A program made the position numbers and the translations under genes. From NCBI RefSeq assembly GCF_031377265.1, contig NZ_JANMET010000111.1:1-56726 (forward strand): DNA of 56,726 nt, read 5' to 3'. Shown here one piece after another: positions 20,266-29,942 of this stretch (its first letter is position 1; every line of letters begins with the position of its first letter). The notes under the pieces are model-generated. The model had not been told where the DNA came from. It was given only the letters and a program-made list of their open reading frames with translations, and made no database searches. This stretch comes from Tabrizicola sp. (GTDB lineage Bacteria; Pseudomonadota; Alphaproteobacteria; Rhodobacterales; Rhodobacteraceae).

Positions 20266-22779
20266 TCAGTCCTGGGTCCTGAGCACCTGCGCCGGGCGGG
20301 CGGACAGCGGCCGCAGTGCGAAGGCGAGGCCCGCGAGCAGCGTGGCAAGGATGCCGCCGATGACGATGGCGAAGGCTGAGACCGGCTCGAACCTGTAGGT
20401 GGCGTCCATCACGAAGGTCATCACCGCCCAGCCCGCGATTGCCCCGGCGATGACAGCCACACTGCCAGCGGCGGCACCCATCAGGGCTGATCGCAGTGCA
20501 AAGCTTGCAAGGATGCGGCCACGCGTGGCGCCGAGGGTTTTCAGGATAGCTGCCTCGTAGACACGGGCGCGCTCACCAGCAGCGGCGGCACCGATCAACA
20601 CCACGAAACCGGTGAGCAGGGTTGCAGCTGCGGCCCAGGCGGTGGCGGTGGCGATGGCGCCTAGCGCCTCGGTCACCCGATCAATCGCCTCGCGGATGCG
20701 GATGGCGGTGATGTTGGTCCAGGTCTTGGTCACATCCTTCAAAAGCTGGCCTTCCGCTTCGGGCGGGGCATAGACCGTGGAGATGAAGGTGTGCGGTGCG
20801 CCTTGCAGGGCGGCGGCGTTCAGCGACATCACGAAGCCTATTCCGGCGGTGGAGAAGTTCACATCGCGGAACGAGGTGATGGTGGCGGTGATGTCACGGC
20901 CAAGGATGTTGACGGTGATGGTATCGCCCAGTTTCAGGCCGATTTCGGCGGCCTCTTCGGCGGCGAAGGACACTTGCGGATCGCCGGTGTAACCTTCGGG
21001 CCACCATTTGCCGGCAGTGATCTTGGTGCCTTCGGGTGGGGTGTCGGCGTAAGTGAGGCCACGGTCGCCGCGCACCACCCAGTGGTCGGTCACCTCGGTT
21101 GCCGGTTTGCCGTTGATCATGGTGACGACGCCGCGAAGCATCGGCGCGCTGTCAACCTTGGTCACAGCGGGGTTGTTGGCCATGCTGGCAAGGAAGGGGT
21201 CAATCTGGTCGGGTTGGATATCGACGAAAAAGAAGGCGGGGGCGCGTTCGGGCAGGTCTTGTTCGATGGAGTTGCGCAGGTTGCTGTCGATCTGGCCGAC
21301 AGCGGCAAGGACCGACAGGCCGAGGCCCAGTGAAAGGATGACCGACGTCGCCTCGGACCGCGCGCCGCCGATGGAGCCAAGCGCCAGACGCAACGGAACC
21401 CGGCCGCGCGTGAGGCCGGACCGCGCGGTGCGCCGGGCGAGGCGGCGCATACCGTAAGCCGTCAGTGCCAGCACCAGAAGCGAGCCCAGGATGCCACCCG
21501 CCGCACCGAGCGCAAGTTCAGGGATGCCCGATAGGTAGACCGAGCCGCCAACAAGGATCAGCGCCAGACCCAAAAGTGCCGCGATGTAGATGCCGCGCGG
21601 GCGGGCACGCTGGCCGTCGCCACCGCGATACAGGGCTGCGGCGCGGACGGTTTCGGTGCGGGCCAGTGGCCAGAGAGTAAACAGAAGCGCGGTGATCAGC
21701 CCGTAGAACGCCGCCTCGATCAGCGGCATTGGTGCCAGCGCGATGTCCGCGGGGAAAGGCAGTTGCGCCTCGATGATCGGGCTGAACAGCATCGGGATGC
21801 CTGCGCCCAGGATCAGGCCCGCGACAATGCCGATGCCGGCGAGAACGAGGATCTGGAAAAGGTAGATGCGGAAGATCAGCCGCCCTTCGGCGCCGATGGT
21901 TTTCAAGGTGGCGATGGTGGCGATCTTGCCGTCCAGATAGGAGCGCACGGCGGCAGAAATGCCAACCCCGCCCACGGCCAGCCCGGCCAGACCGACGAGC
22001 ACGAGGAAACTGCCGATGCGGTCGACGAATTCGTCGATGCCTGGGGCGGCGCGGCGACTGTCGGACCAGCTCATGCCCTTTTCGCGGAAGGTAGCTTTGG
22101 CCTGATCTTCGAGCTGTTGCAGGTTGGTACCCGGGGGTAGGGCAAGGCGGTATTCGGTTTCATAGAGTGAGCCGGGGGCCAGAAGGCCAGAGGCGGCCAG
22201 CGCGTCGGTGCGGATGATGGTGCGGGGGCCGAGGGTGAAGCCGCCGGAACTGTCAGGTTCGCGGATCACGGCGGCCGTCAGACGAAAGGTCTGGGTGCCG
22301 AGAGTGAAGGTGTCGCCGATGTTGAGCGACAGTCGGGCGATCAGCACAGGGTCGAGCGCCGCGCCGGGAAGGCCGCCTTTGGTGGCCAGCGCATCGGCGA
22401 GGGGGATCGGGGGGTCTAGGGTGACGGTGCCGTAGAGCGGGTAGTTGGCGTCGACGGCCTTGATCTGGGTGAGGGCTGAATCATCCGCGATCACGGCCAT
22501 GGAGCGGAAATCGACCACTTCGGAGCGGCGCGTGGCGGTGCGGTCCATGAAAGCCAGTTCTTCGGCGTCGGCGAAGCGGTAGGTGAATTCCATCTGCGCG
22601 TCGCCGCCAAGCAAAGCTGCACCCTGATCTTCCAGCCCTGACTGGATCGCCGCGCGCAATGTGCCGACGGCGGCAATCGCGGCTACGCCAAGGGCAAGGC
22701 ACAGAAGAAAGATGCGAAAGCCCGTGAGGCCGCCGCGAAGTTCGCGCCGTGCGATGCGGGCGGCGAGGCGTGTCGTCAT
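20266..22779 (-). CDS. ABC transporter permease, FtsX-like duplicated (YbbP-like)
   Basis: 837 aa with two FtsX-type 4-TM modules separated by large periplasmic loops. It overlaps the upstream ATPase gene by 4 nt. Confidence 0.85.
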   Translation of the reverse strand: MTTRLAARIARRELRGGLTGFRIFLLCLALGVAAIAAVGTLRAAIQSGLEDQGAALLGGDAQMEFTYRFADAEELAFMDRTATRRSEVVDFRSMAVIADDSALTQIKAVDANYPLYGTVTLDPPIPLADALATKGGLPGAALDPVLIARLSLNIGDTFTLGTQTFRLTAAVIREPDSSGGFTLGPRTIIRTDALAASGLLAPGSLYETEYRLALPPGTNLQQLEDQAKATFREKGMSWSDSRRAAPGIDEFVDRIGSFLVLVGLAGLAVGGVGISAAVRSYLDGKIATIATLKTIGAEGRLIFRIYLFQILVLAGIGIVAGLILGAGIPMLFSPIIEAQLPFPADIALAPMPLIEAAFYGLITALLFTLWPLARTETVRAAALYRGGDGQRARPRGIYIAALLGLALILVGGSVYLSGIPELALGAAGGILGSLLVLALTAYGMRRLARRTARSGLTRGRVPLRLALGSIGGARSEATSVILSLGLGLSVLAAVGQIDSNLRNSIEQDLPERAPAFFFVDIQPDQIDPFLASMANNPAVTKVDSAPMLRGVVTMINGKPATEVTDHWVVRGDRGLTYADTPPEGTKITAGKWWPEGYTGDPQVSFAAEEAAEIGLKLGDTITVNILGRDITATITSFRDVNFSTAGIGFVMSLNAAALQGAPHTFISTVYAPPEAEGQLLKDVTKTWTNITAIRIREAIDRVTEALGAIATATAWAAAATLLTGFVVLIGAAAAGERARVYEAAILKTLGATRGRILASFALRSALMGAAAGSVAVIAGAIAGWAVMTFVMDATYRFEPVSAFAIVIGGILATLLAGLAFALRPLSARPAQVLRTQD

Positions 22780-23468
22780 TCTGCGGCGGCCTTCAGTTCC
22801 GGGGCAAGGTTGCCATCCGCCAGCCGCACCACGCGGTCGCAGCGGGCGGCAAGTTCGGCGGAATGAGTGACCAGCACCAGCGTCGCCCCGTGTTGGTCAC
22901 GCAAGCCGAATAACAGGTCCATGATCGCCTGACCGTTGACGCCATCAAGGTTGCCAGTGGGCTCATCCGCCAGAAGGATGGCGGGGCGCGGAGCGGCGGC
23001 GCGGGCAAGGGCGACGCGCTGCTGTTCGCCGCCCGACAGCTGCGAGGGGTAGTGATGCAGCCTTGGGCCAAGGCCAACCGCGACCAATTCCGCCTCGGCG
23101 CGGGCGAAGGCATCGGTCACATTCGCGAGTTCCATGGGCAAAGCCACGTTTTCAAGCGCGGTCATGGTGGGAATGAGGTGGAAGGATTGGAAAACCACCC
23201 CCATATTCCCCCTACGAAAGCGGGCAAGCGCATCTTCGTCCATTGCGGTGAGATCCTGGCCCAACGCCATGACCGACCCGCCGGAGGCACGTTCAAGCCC
23301 GCCCATCAGCATGAGGAGCGATGATTTGCCTGACCCCGATGGCCCGACCAGCCCGACCGATTCGCCGCGCGAGATGGAGAGAGAGATGCCTTTCAGGATG
23401 TTTACCGGACCGGCATTGCCCTGCAAAGTGAGGCGTGCATCGGTGAGCACGAGGATCGGATCGGTCAT
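22776..23468 (-). CDS. ABC transporter ATP-binding protein (YbbA/LolD-like)
   Basis: Walker [10 protein letters not shown], signature [14 protein letters not shown] and Walker [13 protein letters not shown]. The start is chosen at MTDPILVL. Confidence 0.9.
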   Translation of the reverse strand: MTDPILVLTDARLTLQGNAGPVNILKGISLSISRGESVGLVGPSGSGKSSLLMLMGGLERASGGSVMALGQDLTAMDEDALARFRRGNMGVVFQSFHLIPTMTALENVALPMELANVTDAFARAEAELVAVGLGPRLHHYPSQLSGGEQQRVALARAAAPRPAILLADEPTGNLDGVNGQAIMDLLFGLRDQHGATLVLVTHSAELAARCDRVVRLADGNLAPELKAAAE

Positions 23469-24165
23469 GCGGTCTGCCCTTAAGGAACTGTCTGGATTGG
23501 CATATGGCGCGGTTTGCCAGTTCCGCAATGCTGCAGTTGCGATATTTGCACTGTCAAGTTCAGTTTTTGCCGAACCGGTGACGATTGTGGCATTGGGAGA
23601 CAGTCTTACGGCGGGTTACGGGTTGCAGGATCAGAACGACGGCTTTGTGCCGCAGCTGCAGGCCTGGCTGCAAGCGCAGCGGGCGGATGTGGTGGTGCAG
23701 AATGCCGGGGTTTCGGGCGACACGTCGGCGGGCGGTCTGGCACGGCTGGATTGGGCGCTGGGGCCGGAGGTCGATGCGCTGATCGTGACGCTGGGCGGCA
23801 ACGACATGCTGCGTGGGCTGGACCCGGTAGGCACCCGCGCGAGCCTTGAGGGCATTTTGCAAAAGGCTGGCGAGCGGGGATTGCCGGTGCTGTTGGTGGG
23901 GATGCAGGCGCCGGGGAACTTTGGCCCGGACTACAAGCTGACCTTCGACGCGATGTATCCGGAGCTGGCGGCGCAATATGGCAGCCTGCTGGAGAACAGC
24001 TTCTTTGACGGGCTGGTGGCGGCGGGGGCCATCGCGGGCGACCCGGCATCGTTTGCCCCGTTCATGCAGGCCGACGGTATTCATCCGAACCCGGAGGGTG
24101 TGAAGTTGATCGTGCAGGGGCTGGGGCCGAAGGTGCTTGAATTGCTGGGGCGGGTGAAGGGTTAG
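23467..24165 (+). CDS. SGNH/GDSL arylesterase-thioesterase (TesA-like), secreted
   Basis: GDSLTAGYG (block I), GGNDMLRG (block III) and DGIHPN (block V), with a signal-like AIFALSSSVFA|EP. The ATG at 23467 shares a CATG with the divergent ABC ATPase start, so the real start may be the in-frame TTG about 30 nt downstream. Confidence 0.8.
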   Translation: MRSALKELSGLAYGAVCQFRNAAVAIFALSSSVFAEPVTIVALGDSLTAGYGLQDQNDGFVPQLQAWLQAQRADVVVQNAGVSGDTSAGGLARLDWALGPEVDALIVTLGGNDMLRGLDPVGTRASLEGILQKAGERGLPVLLVGMQAPGNFGPDYKLTFDAMYPELAAQYGSLLENSFFDGLVAAGAIAGDPASFAPFMQADGIHPNPEGVKLIVQGLGPKVLELLGRVKG

Positions 24166-24214
24166 GCCATTGAGCCGATGCCTTTGCTTCTATGCATAGT
24201 GGCACTAGGCTGCC

Positions 24215-24244
24215 GGCAAAGCGGGGGCTGGCCCCCGCACCGCC
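24215..24244. repeat. intergenic repeat/hairpin element, copy E (likely the tesA-like gene terminator)
   Basis: GGCAAAGCGGGGG-CTGG-CCCCCGCACCGCC. The stem is 24221..24227 / 24232..24238 and the architecture matches copy D. Confidence 0.5.
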
Positions 24245-24278
24245 AGAATACTTCCAAACAGAAAAAGCTGAGTGCCAA

Positions 24279-25688
24279 ATGACGTTGATTGAACAACTCG
24301 CGGCCGTGGTTGGCGCCGGGCATGTGGTGACCGGTGCCGATATGACGCGGTATTCGCGCGATTGGATGGGCAAGTATGCAGGCGCGCCGGTGGCTGTGGT
24401 GCGACCTGGGACTACTGCCGAAGTGGCGGCGTGCTTGCGGGCTGCGGCAGCAGTGGGTGTTGCCGTGGTACCGGTGTCGGGCAACACCGGGTTGGTTGGC
24501 GGGACGATGACCAACGGCGGGCTGATGATCAGTCTGGAACGGATGAACCGTATCCGCGACTTGCGCGCCGATACCCGGGTCGTGGTGGCCGAGGCGGGAG
24601 TGATCCTGAGCCGGTTGCATGAAGCGGCGGAGGCGGAGGGGCTGTACTTTCCCCTGTGGTTTGGCGCGCGCGGCTCAGCGATGCTGGGGGGTGTGCTGTC
24701 AACCAATGCGGGCGGGTCGAACGTTTTGCGCTATGGCTCGACCCGGGCGCTGTGTCTTGGAGTGGAGGTGGTGCTGGCGGATGGCAGGGTGCTTGATTTG
24801 ATGAGCGAGTTGCACAAGGACAATTCGGGCTATGACCTGAAGGACCTGTTCATCGGGGCCGAGGGGACGCTGGGCATCATCACCGCCGCCGTGATGAAGC
24901 TGGTGCCCGCGCCACGCGCCCATGCCACGGCGACGGTGGCCGCGCGCAGTCTGCCTGATGCGCTGGTGCTGTTGAACCGTATGCAGGAGGCGACGGGCGG
25001 CCGCGTCGAGGCGTTTGAGTTCATGCCTGCCACCTATTCGCGCAGGCTGGCAGTGGCACGGCCCGACCTGGGGCTGCCGTTCGCGGACATTCCAGACGTC
25101 ACGATTCTGATTGAGGCGGCAACAACCGTGCCGCGTGAGGCGGTGCCGGATGAGACGGGGGCCGTGCCGTTGGTGACGCTGCTGGAGGATGTGCTGGGCG
25201 AGTTGCTGGACGCCGGGCTGATTACCGACGCCGTGGTGGCGCAAAGCGAGGCGCAGCGCCGCGCAATGTGGGCGCGTCGCGAAGCTGCGGCGGAAATTGG
25301 GGTGGGCCTGACGCCGGTGGTGGATACCGACGTCTGCGTGCCACTGGACAAGGTCGAGACCTTCTTGGACACGGTGCTGGCCCGGTTAGAGGCGATTGAC
25401 CCCGGACTTACCAGTCTGACGGTGGCGCATCTGGGGGACGGCAACTTGCATTTCAGCGCTTTTCCGACGCGGGATGATGCTGATCTGAAGGACCGGGTTC
25501 TGGAGATCGTGGAAAATGTGGTAGCCGAGTTGCGCGGCAGCTTTTCGGCAGAGCATGGCATCGGGCTGTCAAAGCTGAACTCGATGTCGCGGCGCAAGAA
25601 TCCGGTTGCAATCGAAGTGATGCGCGCGATCAAGCAGGCGCTGGACCCGGCAAACCGGATGAACCCCGGCAAGGTCATTCCGCAGTGA
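24279..25688 (+). CDS. FAD-linked oxidase (GlcD / D-2-hydroxyacid dehydrogenase family)
   Basis: FAD_binding_4-like VVRPGTTAEVAACLRAAAAVGVAVVPVSGNTGLVGG and a C-terminal SAEHGIGLSKL block. The start is at MTLIEQLAAVVG. Confidence 0.85.
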   Translation: MTLIEQLAAVVGAGHVVTGADMTRYSRDWMGKYAGAPVAVVRPGTTAEVAACLRAAAAVGVAVVPVSGNTGLVGGTMTNGGLMISLERMNRIRDLRADTRVVVAEAGVILSRLHEAAEAEGLYFPLWFGARGSAMLGGVLSTNAGGSNVLRYGSTRALCLGVEVVLADGRVLDLMSELHKDNSGYDLKDLFIGAEGTLGIITAAVMKLVPAPRAHATATVAARSLPDALVLLNRMQEATGGRVEAFEFMPATYSRRLAVARPDLGLPFADIPDVTILIEAATTVPREAVPDETGAVPLVTLLEDVLGELLDAGLITDAVVAQSEAQRRAMWARREAAAEIGVGLTPVVDTDVCVPLDKVETFLDTVLARLEAIDPGLTSLTVAHLGDGNLHFSAFPTRDDADLKDRVLEIVENVVAELRGSFSAEHGIGLSKLNSMSRRKNPVAIEVMRAIKQALDPANRMNPGKVIPQ

Positions 25689-25725
25689 CTTGTGCCCGCC
25701 GGGGCACGGGGGTAGCGGTGGCGCC

Positions 25726-26919
25726 ATGACCGCGATCAGGATTGTACTGCAGGACCCCGCGCTGCGCACTGCCGGGGTCGTCATGGCGCTGCAGGGCGGC
25801 ATTGTTTGCAGCTTTGGTCCATACTTCGCGACGCTTGCAGTGAACACGTTTGGCTTTGGTGACGCGGGTTTCGCGGTGCTTTTGGCGGTGTCCAGCGTGC
25901 TGAGCGTATCGGCTTCGGTCATTGCGGGGATCAGGGCGGATCAGACGGCGAACCGGCGGCGGATCACGCTGGCGGCAGTAGGTTGTCTTGTGGCGGGGAT
26001 GGCGCTGATGACGATTGCGCCGGGGCCTTGGGTCTTTGCCCTTGTGTCGGCAGTGCTGTTTCCGGTGGCCTCGATCACTTTCGGGCAGGTGTTTGCCTTG
26101 GCGCGGCTGGCGGGAACGACCTATCCTGAGGCCGAGCGGGACGGGATCATGTCGGTGATCCGGGCGCTGTTCGCGGCGCCCTTCGTGGTGGTTCTGCCGG
26201 TCTGGGCACTGGCCTTTGCGATGGGCGCGCCATTGTTGGCGATCTATCCCGTTGGTCTGATCATGGCCGGGTGCATGTTGGCTGTCGTTGCGCGCCAGTG
26301 GCCGCGCGATGGTGCGGCTGCATGGACGGACCGGCCCAGCGGGTTGAGCTTTCGGGCGGCACTGGCCGAAATGGCGCATCCGGCGCTGGCATGGCGGGTC
26401 ATGGCGCTGGGCGCGGTTGTGGCGGTGAGCACGGTCTACATCGCTTTGATTTCGCTGGTGATGGTGGCGGACGTCGGGCGCGGGACGCAGGATGTTGCGC
26501 TGTATGTCGGGCTGGTGGCCGGGCTGGAGGTTCCCTTCATGCTGATCTTGCCGATGGTTTCGCGAGGATGGAGCCGGACGCGGATGATTTTCCTGGGGAC
26601 GGCGCTTTATGCGGTGCATGTGGCGCTACTGCCGGTGCTTGCAGGCAGCGGCTGGGTCTGGCTGCTGATCTTGCCAGCCGCGATTGGCGGAGCGGTCACG
26701 CTGACGGTTCCGATAGCTTATTTGCAGGACCTGATGGCAGATCGGCCGGGTGCGGGGGCGTCGCTGATGGCGGTGCAGCGGTTGATCGGGGATGTGATGG
26801 CTGCAGTGTGTTTTGCGGCAGGCACGGCGCTGTCGGGTTATGGGCTGGTAGCGGGACTGGGCGTCGCGGTGTCGGTGGTCGGGGCGGCCTGTCTTTGGGC
26901 GGCGGATCGGCGAGCCTGA
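25726..26919 (+). CDS. MFS transporter (12-TM)
   Basis: About 397 aa and hydrophobic throughout, with MFS-like loop motifs. The start is at MTAIRIVLQD. Confidence 0.7.
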   Translation: MTAIRIVLQDPALRTAGVVMALQGGIVCSFGPYFATLAVNTFGFGDAGFAVLLAVSSVLSVSASVIAGIRADQTANRRRITLAAVGCLVAGMALMTIAPGPWVFALVSAVLFPVASITFGQVFALARLAGTTYPEAERDGIMSVIRALFAAPFVVVLPVWALAFAMGAPLLAIYPVGLIMAGCMLAVVARQWPRDGAAAWTDRPSGLSFRAALAEMAHPALAWRVMALGAVVAVSTVYIALISLVMVADVGRGTQDVALYVGLVAGLEVPFMLILPMVSRGWSRTRMIFLGTALYAVHVALLPVLAGSGWVWLLILPAAIGGAVTLTVPIAYLQDLMADRPGAGASLMAVQRLIGDVMAAVCFAAGTALSGYGLVAGLGVAVSVVGAACLWAADRRA

Positions 26920-27133
26920 CATCCAAGGCGGTGACAGGGCAAGCGCTGGCATAAGCAGCTTGAATTCCGATGTGGAAGAATGCACGTTAAGGAAGAGTTA
27001 TGCGACATTTGAACAACCGGAAGGCGTTTCTCCCGCGCCAGACTTCCGGACCTGTGCTGCGCGGCGAGGAAGTGATCGCTGCGCAGCATCTTTTCCTAAG
27101 GCGGTGACATTGCTGCGCAGCAATCCAGCAAAA

Positions 27134-29206
27134 TCAATTACCTGAGACGGTCCTGACCTCAAGCTGCAAGATGGCTGGCAGCGGGCCGGTTGCATCGGAT
27201 TCGTCAGTCAGGGCGACGACGCCGCGCGTTGCCTCGCCAAAACCCGCATCGCGGAACATGTCGTTCAACGGGCTGGCCGCCGCGCTGCGAGAGAGTTCTG
27301 CCGCGTCCTGCGCCAGATAGCCCAGATCCTCGACCGGGCTTTGCGGTTTGGCGGGGGTCACGACGATGATCATGCGTTCCTGGCCAAGGACAGTGTCGCT
27401 GATCTTGAACAGGCCCTTTTTCAGTTCGTCGCCCGGCTGCAGCCGCCCCGAAAACCAATGGCTGATCGAGTAGTCCGCGCCCACGTAAAGCACGTTCACG
27501 TCGACCGAGATGTCCATGTTGTTGCGCGCCAGTACGTGAACTTCGTCATCGGGGATAAGGGTTGGCACCGGCATGAAGGGCAGCGGCTTCAGGGTGCGGT
27601 CTTCGGGGTTGCGGGTCAGCATCTCGACCTCGACGTCAAGATTGCCGCTGCCCAAGGCATCGCCCAGCTTCAGCAGGTTCAGCGCCTTGGACATCGTGGC
27701 CAGCGTATCGCCGACCGCAAGGGCCAGGGTCGCGGAATCCTTGTCGGCGGTCGAGATCGAGGGCGTGGTCGCCAGATCTTCGGCGAGACCGGTAGAGAGC
27801 AGCACCCAGATCGCATCCGGGCGTGGGCTGTCGGCGATCACGGCCAGACGCAGGTCAGCCTCGGCCCCGGCGTTCACGAAGGTGAGGCGCGGGCCGGCCT
27901 CGGCCTTAAGGGCGTCGAGGGCCGCAAGCAGCGCGTCGGCGGGGGCGGTGCCGGGTTCTGGCAGCGCGACCGTCAGGGAAAAGTCGAGCGTGCTATCAAG
28001 CTTGCGCAGGAAGACGCCCTTGGGCAGGTCAGCGGGCAGCACTTTCCCATCCTTGGCCACAGCGACTCCGGTCGAGGTAAAAGTGTCGACCGAAGCCAGC
28101 TCGACAAAGCCGATGGCCGCGTCCGATGCGTCTGCCGCCGTTGCCATCACCGCCAGAACCGCGCCTTCGGACAGGCCGTGCAGCGACCCCGCCGGAATGA
28201 CAAAACTGCCGTCGGTCACGCTGGCCTGCCATTGCGCGACGCGTTCGCCGCCGACGCCGCCGAAAACCACCGCATCAAGATCGCCCTCGAACAGCGGGGT
28301 GGAGCGGGCGAGGTTCTTGACGGAATACTTACGCAACACCTCTTGCGCGATCTGCCCGTACGTGGCGCCGGGGTATTCGGCCAGCGTTTCCATCAGCGCA
28401 TAGGTGAACACGCCCTGCGGCTTGCGGTCAGGCTTGCCCTTGGGCAGGTTCTTTTCCGGCGTCACTTCATTGGTCTGCGCGGCGAAGAAAGCGACAAAGC
28501 TGCCATCGCCGTCGCCTGAGTCAAACGGAGCATCTTCGGGGGTGCGCGGGTCGCCAATGCTGCGGGTGACGACATCTTCCATTGCTTCAGGGGCGATCCC
28601 CAGGACGGCTGGGTCAAGTTGGCGGGTGCGCACCTCTTCATCACCAGCATCGACGCCGCGGGTAGCAGTGCCGGAATGACAGCTGTCAAACACTGCCCAG
28701 ACATCGACACCCTTGGCGCGCAGGGCATCAATCATGGCGCCGATCTCGTCATCAACAAGCGCGTTTTCGACATGGCCGGTAGTGTCGGACCATTGGCCGA
28801 TATCGACCGGCAGGAACAGCTCGTCCAGACCGTCAAGTTCCGAGGCCGGGTCTGCGGCAGGGGCTTGGGTGCCGTGGCCGGAGAAGTGCAGATAGACGAA
28901 ATCGCCCGGCTGCACTTTGGCCGTCAGATCGGTAAAGGCAGTGCGGATCGCGCCAAGGGTTGCGGGCGCTACGTCATCGCGGCCATCGGTCAGAACTGTG
29001 ACGTTCTCGGCCGCAAATGGCACCGGGGCCTCGGTCGTAAGGTAGGTGGCAACCAGCGCCACGTCATTGGCCGGACCCTTCAGCCACCAGCGTTCCTCGA
29101 GGTTGCGGTATTCGTTCGCGCCGATCAGGATCGCATAGTTTTCCCGTGCGAAAGCTGGCAGCGACAGGGCGGATAAGGCGGTGGCCAGAAGGAATTGGCG
29201 AATCAT
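27134..29206 (-). CDS. exported caspase-family (peptidase C14, orthocaspase-like) protein with a large C-terminal extension
   Basis: Signal peptide MIRQFLLATALSALSLPAFA|RE. The His/Cys dyad sits in YLHFSGHGTQ (His111) and VFDSCHSGT (Cys176; I checked codon TGT at 28679..28681). There is also a p10-like GVFTYALMETL block. The C-terminal ~200 aa resemble the DUF4384-type beta domain often fused to C14. Confidence 0.85.
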   Translation of the reverse strand: MIRQFLLATALSALSLPAFARENYAILIGANEYRNLEERWWLKGPANDVALVATYLTTEAPVPFAAENVTVLTDGRDDVAPATLGAIRTAFTDLTAKVQPGDFVYLHFSGHGTQAPAADPASELDGLDELFLPVDIGQWSDTTGHVENALVDDEIGAMIDALRAKGVDVWAVFDSCHSGTATRGVDAGDEEVRTRQLDPAVLGIAPEAMEDVVTRSIGDPRTPEDAPFDSGDGDGSFVAFFAAQTNEVTPEKNLPKGKPDRKPQGVFTYALMETLAEYPGATYGQIAQEVLRKYSVKNLARSTPLFEGDLDAVVFGGVGGERVAQWQASVTDGSFVIPAGSLHGLSEGAVLAVMATAADASDAAIGFVELASVDTFTSTGVAVAKDGKVLPADLPKGVFLRKLDSTLDFSLTVALPEPGTAPADALLAALDALKAEAGPRLTFVNAGAEADLRLAVIADSPRPDAIWVLLSTGLAEDLATTPSISTADKDSATLALAVGDTLATMSKALNLLKLGDALGSGNLDVEVEMLTRNPEDRTLKPLPFMPVPTLIPDDEVHVLARNNMDISVDVNVLYVGADYSISHWFSGRLQPGDELKKGLFKISDTVLGQERMIIVVTPAKPQSPVEDLGYLAQDAAELSRSAAASPLNDMFRDAGFGEATRGVVALTDESDATGPLPAILQLEVRTVSGN

Positions 29207-29215
29207 GAGGAACCC

Positions 29216-29851
29216 TCAGTTGGTCATCAGCGCGTAATTCGTTGCAGTTGGGCCGTTGTTTTCAACCCTCAGGGTGAAGGTGCCGCCGGTGGCCGGGGTC
29301 CAACCGCAGTAGGCAATGTGCGAAACATCGGTATCAGAACAGACCAGACGGCCCTGATCATCAAGGACGGTGAGGTTGAGATTGGTCGACGACTTTGCCT
29401 CGACATAGACTTCGGCATACTCGCCACCGCGAAATTCGATGGGCGGGTAGGTGTCATCGCTGCCGTTGGGCAACGCGCCGATGTTGTAGACCGGTCCGGA
29501 GGCCACGCCCTTGTTGGTTTCCGCGCGGACATCTTCGATCAGGCCAAGCATGGCTTCATCGCCGGTCGCCAGAGGTTCGGCACTGGCCAGCATTTCGTCC
29601 CAGCCAAGCGGGGCGTCAATTGCAGTTTGCCCGCCAGTGGCCGTGCGGTCGGTGGGGGTTGGCGCGATGGTCTTGCGCAGTTTCGCGGCAGCGATGATCA
29701 AAAGCGGATCTTGCGCCTCAAGCCCGACCGCGTAGAGCCGGGCAGAAAGCGCCGCCACCTTCACCGGCGACGGAACTTCGGCCAGGGCTGCCATCGGCAG
29801 GGCAGACAGCAGAAGGGTTGCAAGCAACGATCGGGTCATGCGGGCGCTCAT
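29216..29851 (-). CDS. secreted PPC-like (pre-peptidase C-terminal type beta-sandwich) domain protein, paralog 1
   Basis: The internal start gives MSARMTRSLLATLLLSALPMAALA|EV. The C-terminal half reads YAEVYVEAKSSTNLNLTVLDDQGRLVCSDTDVSHIAYCGWTPATGGTFTLRVENNGPTATNYALMTN and is paralogous to 38355..39056 and 39165..39860. Only 9 nt separate it from the caspase gene. Listed ORF 29216..30502 is a gross 5' over-extension. Confidence 0.7.
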   Translation of the reverse strand: MSARMTRSLLATLLLSALPMAALAEVPSPVKVAALSARLYAVGLEAQDPLLIIAAAKLRKTIAPTPTDRTATGGQTAIDAPLGWDEMLASAEPLATGDEAMLGLIEDVRAETNKGVASGPVYNIGALPNGSDDTYPPIEFRGGEYAEVYVEAKSSTNLNLTVLDDQGRLVCSDTDVSHIAYCGWTPATGGTFTLRVENNGPTATNYALMTN

Positions 29852-29925
29852 CAATACGGGTCTTGAGGCTGAAACATGAGGCCGGCCCGCGCCCCTGTAA
29901 ACACTCAAGTTTTCGATGACAGGCT

Positions 29926-29942
29926 TTGTCATGTGCCTCGGT
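29926..29942. promoter_or_regulatory. inverted repeat ATGACA-N5-TGTCAT in the divergent promoter region of the protease cluster
   Basis: Perfect 6-bp arms between the PPC1/caspase-1 operon (minus strand) and the HtrA-like operon (plus strand). Direct TGAGGC repeats also occur at 29864 and 29877. The function is inferred only. Confidence 0.25.

Noticed and set aside
24200-24214. Sigma-54-like TGGCAC...TGC motif upstream of the FAD oxidase gene
   Set aside because: The GG-to-GC spacing is one base short of the -24/-12 consensus, and the -12 element is TGCC rather than TTGC. It is probably chance.
25675-26619. 314-aa minus-strand ORF
   Set aside because: It is antisense to the MFS transporter, and its extremely R/H/P/Q-rich product is implausible.
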